In this document: positions 1 to 8,308 of the stretch, piece by piece
How the letters are laid out: the number at the start of each line of letters is the position of its first letter
How positions within the stretch are numbered: position 1 is the stretch's first letter
NCBI RefSeq assembly: GCF_006345805.1
Contig: NW_021826100.1
Location: 1 to 13,986 of the forward strand
Reading direction: 5' to 3'
Origin: Octopus sinensis
Taxonomy: Eukaryota
Length of the DNA stretch: 13,986 nucleotides
Translations under genes and position numbers: made by a program
The notes under the pieces: model-generated
Told to the model about the DNA's origin: nothing
The model's database searches: none
The model's input: only the letters and a program-made list of their open reading frames with translations

Positions 1-515
1 AATCACTACTTTAAAAATCTTTTAGAAATTATCGAATCGAATCCTGAAGCTTCTTTCTTCTACCGAACAACAATAAACAGATATTGGTTGAAGGTTTTAG
101 AGAATCTACGCTGCCTAATCTAATCCAGGCGTGACGTTCTCAAAATACACCTCCCTTTCTCCTCCCTCTGTCTCCTTTATAGTTATTTCTCACACACGTG
201 CGCGTACGCACATACACACGCACACGCACTAATGAAAAGGAAAACTTTTTCAACCCATTGATTCAAACAGATTTTCAACAAGTTATTTCCAACACACTCT
301 TTTTTGAATGAACAATTTCCTATGCCAATACGTATTTCCATCTTTTGAACCATTATCCGTTTCGACATTTCATCTCTTACCGACCATATTTAACTCTTTA
401 TATATCTTACATATATTTCAACTTTATTTACATCTTTGCTCAAATATTATACCATAACAACTGTTATGTTATACATGTATGTGAAAAATATGTAAATACA
501 AGCGTGTTCATATGC

Positions 516-910
516 TTTTGTTGTTGGAAGCACTCCGTCGGTTACGACGACGAGGGTTCCGGTTGATCCGAATCAACGGAACAGCCTGCTCGTGAAATTA
601 ACGTGCAAATGGCTGAGCACTCCACAGACACGTGCACCCTTAACGTAGTTCTCGGGGATATTCAGCGTGACACAGAGAGTGACAAGGCCGGCCCCTTGAA
701 ATATAGGTACAACAGAAACAGGAAGTGAGAGTGAGAGAAAGTTGTGGTGAAAGAGTACAGCAGGGATCACCACCATCCCCTGCCGGAGCCTCGTGGAGCT
801 TTTAGGTGTTTTCGCTCAATAAACACTCACAACGCCCGGGCTGGGAATCGAAACCGCAATCCTATGACCGCGAGTCTGCTGCCCTAACCACTGGGCCATT
901 GCGCCTCCAC
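516..910 (-). mobile_element. Full-length tRNA-derived SINE (~395 bp), probably an octopus tRNA-Arg-related (OR-type) family
   Basis: The minus strand begins GTGGAGGCGCAATGGCCCAGTGGTTAGGGC. A box TGGCCCAGTGG at 888-898 and B-box-like GTTTCGATTCC at 844-854. It ends in a (CAA)n-like tail. Perfect 11-bp TSD TGTTCATATGC at 505-515 and 911-921. The family name is from recall only. Confidence 0.9.
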
Positions 911-934
911 TGTTCATATGCATATGTATATATA

Positions 935-1148
935 CAGGGTTGGTCAAAGTCACCCGACAGTAAACGAAAATTCCATAAATACTATCTGTAATTCTGTATG
1001 AAAAAATGCGTCGCTCTGGAAGGACTTCAGTTTGAAAACGTTTCATGTTTCGTATTTAGTTACTTTTATTAAAATCATTCAGTTGTTAAACATAAATCTT
1101 GGAATTAAAAGTTTTAATTTGCTGTCGTGTAACTTTTGGCCAACTCTG
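935..1148. mobile_element. Tc1/mariner-like MITE (214 bp, non-autonomous)
   Basis: Imperfect terminal inverted repeats (TIRs): CAGGGTTGGTCAAAGTCACCCGACAGTAAA (935-964) versus the reverse complement of 1118-1148, CAGAGTTGGCCAAAAGTTACACGACAGCAAA (5 mismatches, 1 gap). Left flank is TA; right flank is TT. The interior is AT-rich and non-coding. Confidence 0.7.
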
Positions 1149-1469
1149 TTTATGTGTGTATATATATATATATATAATAAATGCCAAAACGAATTTCTAT
1201 GTGCCAGTGTGTCACACTTTGACCCCCCTCTCACCATTCAATGACACTTCTACTATTCCTCATGTTGGGGTGAGAGTAATAGTAGGTATAGAAACGGGGA
1301 GGCCGGTAGTAAATTGATGGTTGTGATGGTAATGGTGATGGAGAGGAGCGCGGCGAAGTCAAAGGTATTGATGGTGGTACGTCAGAAGTTTGAATGGTGT
1401 GTGTATGACAGCTGTGGTGGCGATGGTGGTGATGCTGGTGATGGTGATGGTTGAAAACAATTAACAGAA

Positions 1470-1513
1470 AGAGAGAGAGAGAGAGAGGGAAAGAGTAAGA
1501 AAGAGAGAGAGAA
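1470..1513. repeat. (GA)n / GA-rich microsatellite
   Basis: Direct reading of the sequence. Confidence 0.9.
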
Positions 1514-1773
1514 AGAGGTTAGAAAAAATTGTACTGTTCCCCGAATGGGAAGAAAAAAAATGTTGTTTATCATGCAACTTTGCAATAAGTTCCAAGTCAA
1601 CAAATTATATCATTGTTTTGATGAAAATTAATGAAAATTGTTCAAATATTGGTCAAGTTTAATAATATTTGATTTGTACTGAATGCATGAAGTGTCATTG
1701 ATAGGCCCAAGGCCCAAATGAAGAGACCTCCACAGAAGCTAGCTTAAAAACCGCTCCATCGGGCGGCTTTTAA

Positions 1774-1777
<4 letters not shown>

Positions 1778-1810
<33 letters not shown>
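1778..1810. repeat. (GT)n microsatellite
   Basis: Direct reading of the sequence. Confidence 0.95.
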
Positions 1811-1811
<1 letters not shown>

Positions 1812-1980
1812 ATATATGTAAACAAATAAATCTTTGGTTTTTTATTAGAAGCGGCGAAAATGTGTAAACTACGATACAAGTAAGATTATTTTTTTCGAGG
1901 TCAGACCTTTTTGCTTACACATTGTTGTTTCATAACGCTAAAGTATTCAGCCTCTAAATCCGACCATGAATTTGTCAGTG

Positions 1981-2056
1981 GGCAGTTTAGCTTAACGGTA
2001 AAGTAGTCAGCCGGAGTCTTTGAGAGATATAGGTTCGAAATTCATGTTTGGTCGAA
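1981..2056 (+). other. tRNA-like segment, probably a degenerate SINE head
   Basis: A-box-like TAGCTTAACGG (1988-1998) and B-box-like GGTTCGAAATT (from 2032). I could not fold a proper acceptor stem, so it is not called as a tRNA gene. Confidence 0.4.
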
Positions 2057-2058
2057 AT

Positions 2059-2064
<6 letters not shown>

Positions 2065-2113
<49 letters not shown>
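2065..2113. repeat. (AT)n microsatellite
   Basis: Pure AT run abutting the truncated SINE. Confidence 0.95.
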
Positions 2114-2114
<1 letters not shown>

Positions 2115-2276
2115 GACGGGATTCTTTCAGTTTCTGTCTACCAAATCCACTCACAAGGCTTTGGTCGGCTCGAGACTATAGTAGAAGACACTTGTCCAAG
2201 GTACCACGCAGTGGGACCGAACCCGGACCCATGTGGTTGGGTAGCAAGCGTCTTACCACGCAGCCATTTCTGCTTC
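2111..2276 (-). mobile_element. 5' half of a tRNA-derived CORE-type SINE (octopus OK/OR2-like), ending at its (AT)n tract
   Basis: Minus strand reads TGGCTGCGTGGTAAG (A box) ... GGGTTCGGTCCC (B box) ... GTGGTACCTTGGACAAGTGTCTTC, which resembles the CORE motif (ACCTTGGGCAAGT), then GAAACTGAAAGAATCCCGTCGTAT running into (AT)n. The family name is from recall. Confidence 0.8.
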
Positions 2277-2304
2277 TCTGTCTATCTGTCTCTCTCTCTC
2301 TGTC

Positions 2305-2353
<49 letters not shown>
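2277..2353. repeat. Compound (TC)n-(TA)n microsatellite
   Basis: Direct reading of the sequence. Confidence 0.95.
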
Positions 2354-2354
<1 letters not shown>

Positions 2355-2505
2355 AGTGCATACATACAACAAGCAATACTTAGATATATATACATGCACA
2401 CACGTACGTGTGTGTGTGTGTGTATAAAGAAGTATGAAATTATGATGGCGGCGGAGTGAGAGAAGAGGGAATGGAGTACATAAATAGATTTAGAGAGATT
2501 AGTAT

Positions 2506-2553
2506 GTGTGTGTTTGTGTGAGTGTGTGTGCGTGCGTGCGTGTGTGTGTGTGT

Positions 2554-2588
<35 letters not shown>
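2506..2588. repeat. (GT)n/(GCGT)n alternating purine-pyrimidine microsatellite
   Basis: Direct reading of the sequence. Confidence 0.95.
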
Positions 2589-2592
<4 letters not shown>

Positions 2593-2677
2593 AGAGTGTA
2601 ACCGTTTGCATTCCAATTCGCTGTTGCTATTTATGACGTGAACAAAATAGAAAACAGATGCCAAAAAGAGTGTGTGA

Positions 2678-2758
2678 ATGGTGGAGGCAGTCGGGTAGAT
2701 GCAGTACTATGGTGGATGGTGGAGGCAGTCGGGTAGATGCAGTACTATGGTGGATGGT
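2678..2758 (+). repeat. Perfect 38-bp tandem duplication (2.1 copies)
   Basis: ATGGTGGAGGCAGTCGGGTAGATGCAGTACTATGGTGG at 2678-2715 and 2716-2753, followed by ATGGT. Confidence 0.95.
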
Positions 2759-2985
2759 TCAGCTTAGCTGTTCAACTCATAGTTTCTTATGTGCTTCGCT
2801 TCTGTGTTTCGATTGTTATTTTTCTAATGCTTACGTGTGTGTGTGTGTGTGTCTTCGTATGTATGTGAATGCGTGCGTTTTTAATGTGTGTGTGGAGGGG
2901 AGTTGTGTGCGTGGTGTGTGTTAATGATTTTTATGTGTATATCTGAGTGTTTTTTGTGGTTTGTATGTGATTACGAGCGTTTAGG

Positions 2986-3486
2986 ATGTGTATGTTTGTA
3001 TGTATGTATATATGTATGTATATATGTATATATGCATGTATGTATGTGTGTATGTATGTATGTATGCATGTATATATGTATGCATGTATGTGTGTATGTA
3101 TGTATGTGTGTGTGTATGTATGTATGTATGTGTGTATATATGTATGTATGTATGTATGTATTTATGTATGTATGTGTGTGTGTATGTATGTATGTGTGTG
3201 TATGTATGTATTTATGTATGTATGTATGTGTGTATGTATGTATGTATGTATGTATGTGTGTATGTATGTATGTATGTGTGTATATATGTATGTATGTATG
3301 TATGTATTTATGTATGTATGTGTGTGTGTATGTATGTATGTGTGTGTATGTATGTATTTATGTATGTATGTATGTATGTATGTATGTATGTATGTATGTG
3401 TGTATGTATGTATGTATGTGTTTGTATGTATGTATGTATGTATGTATGTATGTATGTATGTATGTGTGTGTGTATGTATGTATGTA
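2986..3486. repeat. ~500-bp (TATG)n microsatellite with TG and TATT variant units
   Basis: Direct reading. It explains the MYVC-repeat ORFs. Confidence 0.97.
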
Positions 3487-3559
3487 TACTCACGTGTATG
3501 TTTCTTCATGCGTACGTGTCAGTGAATGCGTGTGTATACTTATATTGCTGATATGCACA

Positions 3560-3783
3560 CATACATACATACATACATACATACATACATACATACATAC
3601 ATACATACATACATGTGTATGTGTGTGTCTATATATATATATGAGTTCATGTAGATAGAAATGTATGTGCAGGTGTGCGCGTAAATATAAGTGTGCGTTT
3701 CGGAGGATGTGCGCATACATACATACATACATACACACACACGCACACACACATACACACACACGCACACAAACACACACATA
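3560..3783. repeat. (CATA)n tracts (3560-3614, 3714-3733) and (CA)n, opposite in orientation to the upstream (TATG)n
   Basis: Direct reading of the sequence. Confidence 0.9.
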
Positions 3784-4147
3784 TGGAGTGAGGAGGGGCA
3801 ACTAGTTCTCAGGATCTACATTTGGCGGAGGTGGTAGCTATTTATGTAAGCAGTCAACACCGGATTAGTCGGTGTAGGTAAAGATGTTGCTTATTGATAG
3901 GTACAGTGGCATTTCTCTTCTAGATATACGTCTATCTTACCTGTAATATATCCCTCTTCTCTTCTTCACTCCCCACCACCTTTCCCTTCATCAGCATCCT
4001 CATCATCATCATCATCACGATCGGCATCATCATCATCGTCATTATTATTAAGCAAGGCAGCAACACCAGCAATAATGGCGGCAGCTGCATTTCCGCTGCA
4101 ATCGCCGGTGTTGCTCCACCCACCCGCTTACTTTCTCTTCTTTTTCT

Positions 4148-4148
<1 letters not shown>

Positions 4149-4189
<41 letters not shown>

Positions 4190-4537
4190 TAACCATAACA
4201 AAACTACCACCACCACTACTACTACTACCACCACCGCCACTACTACTACTAATACTACTACTACTACTACCACCACCACCACCACCGCCGCCACTACTAC
4301 TACTACTATTACTACTACTACTACTACTATTTGTATCTCTTTCGTCACTAATACTACTCTCACTACCACCACTACTACTACTTTAACACCGCCACCACCA
4401 CCATTATTAATATTACCATTACAACTACTACCACCACGATCACTACCATCTTTTCCAGCACCGATTACGCCACCATCACCACCGCCACAACTGCTACTAC
4501 TACTATTACTACTACCACTACCACCACCACCACCACC

Positions 4538-4574
<37 letters not shown>

Positions 4575-5061
4575 TATATTTGTATCTCTTCCGTCACTAA
4601 TACTACTCTCACTACCACTACTACAACTACTTTATCACCGCCACCACCACCAGCACCACCACCACCACCACCACCATTATTAATATTACCATTACAGCTA
4701 CTACCACCAGGACCACTACCATCTTTTCCAGCACCGATTACGCCACCATCACCACCGCCACAACTGCTACTACTACTACTACTAAAACTACTACTACTAC
4801 TACCACCACCACCACCACCACCGCCACTACTACTAATACTACTACTACTATTTGTACCTCTTCCGTCACTAATACTACTCTCACTACCACCACTACAACT
4901 ACTTTAACATCGCCACCACCACCAGCACCACCACCACCACCATTATTAATATTACCATTACAACTACCACCACCACGACCACTACCATCTTTTCCAGCAC
5001 CGATTACGCCACCATCACCACCGCCACAACTACTACTACTACTACCACCACCACCACCACG

Positions 5062-5092
<31 letters not shown>

Positions 5093-5287
5093 TACTACTA
5101 CTACTACTATTTGTACCTCTTCCGTCACTAATACTACTCTCACTACCACCACTACAACTACTTTAACACCGCCACCACCACCAGCACCATTATTAATATT
5201 ACCATTACAACTACCACCAGCACGACCACTACCATCTTTTCCAGCACCGATTACGCCACCATCACCACCGCCACAACTACCACCACT

Positions 5288-5319
<32 letters not shown>

Positions 5320-5409
5320 GCCACTACTACCACCATCACCGCCACTACTACTACTACTGCTGCTACTACCACTACTACTACTACTACTTACTACTACTAC
5401 TACTACTAT

Positions 5410-5441
<32 letters not shown>

Positions 5442-5701
5442 TTACAACAACTACTACTACTACTACTACTTGTACCTCTTCCGTCACTAATACTGCTCTC
5501 ACTACCACCACTACAACTACTTTAACACCGCCACCACCACCATTATTAATATTACCATTACAACTACTACCACCACGACCACTACCATCTTTTCCAGCAC
5601 CGATTACGCCACCATCACCACCACCACAACTACTACTACTACTACTACTACTACTACCACTACTACTACCACCACCACCGCCACTACTACCACCACCACC
5701 G

Positions 5702-5739
<38 letters not shown>

Positions 5740-5922
5740 GCTACTACTACTACTAGTATTTGTACCTCTTCCGTCACTAATACTACTCTCACTACCACCA
5801 CTACAACTACTTTAACACCGCCACCACCACCACCACCAGCACCACCATTATTAATATTACCATTACAACTACTACCACCACGACCATTACCATCTTTTCC
5901 AACACCGATTACCACCGCCACA

Positions 5923-5953
<31 letters not shown>

Positions 5954-5973
5954 GTAGTAGTAGTAGTAGTAGT
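4149..5973. repeat. Compound tandem array: six conserved ~170-bp cores separated by variable (CTA)n/(CCA)n tracts
   Basis: Core start motif (T)TTGTA[C/T]CTCTT[C/T]CGTCACTAATACT at 4330, 4579, 4851, 5110, ~5469 and 5759. Each is followed by CCATTATTAATATTACCATTACA and CATCTTTTCCA[G/A]CACCGATTAC. Confidence 0.97.
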
Positions 5974-6499
5974 TACTGCGTTTATTATGCCTCCAGGGCT
6001 AAGAGAAGTAGACGTCTATTAATGACCAGTGTGTCTGAAATAGTTAACTTACATTGATAAATCTATATTAAACGAGATATTTACTCCCAGTTACGTCGAG
6101 AAACGATGAAGTGTTCGGCATTAGTAGAAATAATGTTCAGAGGAAATGCGTTGACTTAAAATATAAATATAGTTACAGTGAGGTGAGGAAGCTGTTCAGC
6201 GTTTGGGTTTAAGACCTTTATGGAGGAAGAAAGGATGTTCTGTATGTTGTGGTTGAAGATTATCTTGAAATAGTTGTTAGTCGTGGAGACCGGAAATTGG
6301 TACGTTGCTTCATATATGGACTCTGAGGTGCGGAAAACGATAGGTAAATGGTGATCTGAAATATGTCGGACATGTGTAACAGGAAGGGTGAGCAACGAGG
6401 AGACCCGGTGTGTGGGTGTTAAAGGGGCACATCACAAGGACACCATCACTTGTGTGGAGATTTACAGAAAGGACGGGGCGAGTAGAAAAGACAATGTAC

Positions 6500-6826
6500 G
6501 GCGGCGAGTTAGCAGAAACGTTAGCACGCCGGGCGAAATGCTTAGCAGTATTTCGTCTGCCGTTACGTTCTGGGTTCAAATTCCGCCGAGGTCGACTTTG
6601 CCTTTCATCCTTTCGGAGTCGATAAATTAAGTACCAGTTACGCACTGGGGTCGATGTAATCGACTTAATCCGTTTGTCTGTCCTTGTTTGTCCCCTCTGT
6701 GTTTAGCCCCTTGTGGGTAGTAAAGAAATAGGTATTTCGTCAGCCACTACGTTCTGAGTTCAAATTACGTCGAAGTCGACTTTGCCTTTCATCCTTTCGG
6801 AGTCGATAAATTAAGTACCAAATGCG
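6500..6826 (+). mobile_element. Dimeric tRNA-derived SINE ('family A'), 3'-truncated in monomer 2
   Basis: Head GGCGGCGAGTTAGCAGAAACG, B box GGGTTCAAATTCC, central GAGGTCGACTTTGCCTTTCATCCTTTCGGAGTCGATAAATTAAGTACCAG, tail ...GTGGGTAGTAAAGAAATA (to 6730). A second unit starts GGTATTTCGTC at 6731. As recalled, the central block resembles the conserved Meta/Sauria-type SINE domain. Confidence 0.9.
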
Positions 6827-6984
6827 ATAAAAGTATACATGGTGTACAATATATGTGATAATAAAAATAATGCAGCCCTCCTGATACAGGAGAAACTCCA
6901 GTTAGGGCCAATCAAAGACCCCCACAGATTCAGGATTACCCTGACCATCAAAAGCACGAGCTCTCTTTCCTGCTTTTCAATCTG

Positions 6985-7261
6985 CAGAGGCATACATAGA
7001 GTAAGGTCATTCACTCTAACCATTTTTTCTACAATCACCCATCTTTTCAGAAATTCAGTGGGAGGTAACACTTCATCCTCTAACCGCACTCTTCTTTCCT
7101 AGTGGAACTAAAAAGGTCGATGAGAGCTTGACCGAAGAGGAAAGTGTCTTCACTCAATCCTTTCAGCCTCGCCCCCATACAGCCTCTTTTGCCATAGGCT
7201 CTAGACAGAAGAACACTGCCTACTCTGTCTTGTTAAAGGTGTGTGGTGGGGTGATCCACAC
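6985..7261 (-). mobile_element. Degenerate C-terminus of a Tx1/L1-group LINE ORF2
   Basis: Minus-strand translation across frameshifts and a stop gives VWITPPHTFNKTE*AVFFCLEPMAKEAVW / ARLKGLSEDTFLFGQALIDLF / VRLEDEVLPPTEFLKRWVIVEKMVRVNDLTLCMPL. This fits the AKxxxW...F..RW pattern after the zinc knuckle of L1/Tx1 ORF2. Family assignment is by recall. Confidence 0.65.
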
Positions 7262-7462
7262 GATGCAGTGCTAATTACGGTTACTGAAGTCCCACCAGGC
7301 CTGGATTTATGGTGGACTCTCGCCTGTATTTGTACGGGCGAGGTAGAGAATCTCCTGGATGTTAAAAGATCGAGGAGGGAGAATTGGGTTGGGACTTCTT
7401 TGGCAATTCTCCACGTGAAGCCAGAACAGTTAGAGAAAGTTCCAGACCTGATTTCTCTGTGG
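7262..7462 (+). mobile_element. Protein-like fragment, possibly Tx1/L1 ORF1 (gag-like)
   Basis: Part of ORF 7241-7618: DAVLITVTEVPPGLDLWWTLACICTGEVENLLDVKRSRRENWVGTSLAILHVKPEQLEKVPDLISL. It has normal globular composition and recalls the region upstream of the CCHC knuckle in LINE ORF1 proteins. Unverified. Confidence 0.4.
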
Positions 7463-7592
7463 AAAAAAAAAATACAAGACACAGACTCCTCCACGCATTC
7501 AAGTGATGATAAGGAGAACCACTCCACCACAAACAGCACCAAGAGGTTAAGTGACACTCACTTACTTTTTTCTGTCCTTACTTCCTGGCCTT

Positions 7593-8050
7593 GCAAGAGA
7601 AAATATTCCAGCATTTGAATTAAAGGTTGTCTACTGGAATAAGAATGTGGATCAAAAGAAGTTTTGAGTAGATTGTGAAGATATTGATTTTGGTGACATC
7701 CAAAGGTCAATTACGCACATCTTATTAACTTCTAACAGTAATTCTATGATTTCTTTTCAGAGCTCGATTCACATTCTATCAGTTGTGTTGTCAATCCCTT
7801 TAATTGTAAATTTGCTGGTGTGTCTGAAGAGAATGAAAGGTCTGTAAAGACATTTCTCCATCTTCCTGTAAACACTAAAGCACTCGTGGAATTTCAGAAT
7901 ACGATACATCTCTAATAATTTTGGACGCAAAAGCTTTCCAAAGAGCAAATTCTTCAAAATTTCTCCACCATAACTTTTGCTATTTTAAAAGTATAGTACA
8001 GAAATCTGTTAAACCCCGAAGACATTATTCAATTTCTGTCATTAAAACAC
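7593..8050 (+). pseudogene. Decayed hAT (Buster/Charlie-like) transposase C-terminal half
   Basis: ARENIPAFELKVVYWNKNVDQKKF* (stop 7665-7667), frameshift near 7745, then YDFFSELD..SCVVNPF..., L**FW (7910-7924) and ILKV*YRNLLNPEDI. The order AF..KL..W / YF.EL / W..NPF / FW / KYRNRL matches the C-terminal motifs of this family. Confidence 0.65.
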
Positions 8051-8206
8051 TCGTTTTTTGATGTTTGTATTTAAAAATGAAGCAGTATTATTTCACCGCC
8101 GCACCCCACGGGAAAAAAAAATTGAAGCGAGGAAGTGTTGAATGAAAAATTTTAGATTCTCTGTTCTTATTTAATTTGATACCATTCTAACTCTTGATAT
8201 TAATTA

Positions 8207-8297
8207 ATCCACTTTCGGAGTCGATAAAATAAGAATCAGTTAAACAGCCTTCTCAAAAATTCCTGACCTTGTTCCAAAATGTGAAACTAATATTATT
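8207..8297 (+). mobile_element. 3' fragment of SINE family A with internal deletion
   Basis: ATCCACTTTCGGAGTCGATAAAATAAG followed by the tail AAAATTCCTGACCTTGTTCCAAAATGTGAAACTAAT. Confidence 0.6.
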
Positions 8298-8308
8298 GAA
8301 TCCAATAT

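Noticed and set aside
828-910. tRNA gene calls for the SINE heads
   Set aside because: The heads continue directly into SINE bodies and tails and lack proper acceptor stems, so they are retroposon promoters rather than tRNA genes.
1744-1773. Hairpin TTAAAAACCGC...GCGGCTTTTAA resembling an intrinsic terminator
   Set aside because: The DNA is eukaryotic, there is no associated gene, and the stem is short with a mismatch.
2397-2414. 18-bp palindrome CACACACGTACGTGTGTG
   Set aside because: A trivial product of adjacent (CA)n and (GT)n, common in such DNA.
2888-3801. Long ORFs (256, 187 and 179 aa, and the minus-strand HTYI ORFs)
   Set aside because: They are translations of (TATG)n/(CATA)n, which has no stop codon in most frames. 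No coding signal.
3932-4123. Minus-strand ORF ending at a consensus donor CAG|GTAAG (3941/3940)
   Set aside because: The upstream sequence is low-complexity (ATG)n/(GAA)n with no recognisable domain and no convincing acceptor. A single donor motif is expected by chance.
3924-4907. ATG-less open frame of 328 codons giving a Thr/Pro/Leu-rich mucin-like peptide (CISSVTNTTLTTT...LTPPPPPLLILPLQLLPP...)
   Set aside because: No start codon. Stops are rare simply because of the C/A/T composition. The frame breaks at unit 3, and unit periods are mostly not multiples of 3. It would need proteomic or Ribo-seq support.
4187-5921. Gly/Ser/Val-rich minus-strand ORFs, considered as a structural protein such as suckerin or a beak protein
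   Set aside because: Each is limited to one or two repeat units and interrupted by TAG runs. They lack the Gly-Tyr/His modules of those proteins.
4330-5952. Repeat-spacer organisation reminiscent of a CRISPR array
   Set aside because: The repeats are ~170 bp, the spacers are simple trinucleotide tracts rather than unique sequences, there are no cas genes, and the context is eukaryotic.
6150-6499. PSCYTCP motif on the minus strand suggesting a Penelope GIY-YIG linker
   Set aside because: The expected downstream FTC...NVIY...YIGET motifs were not found in any frame.
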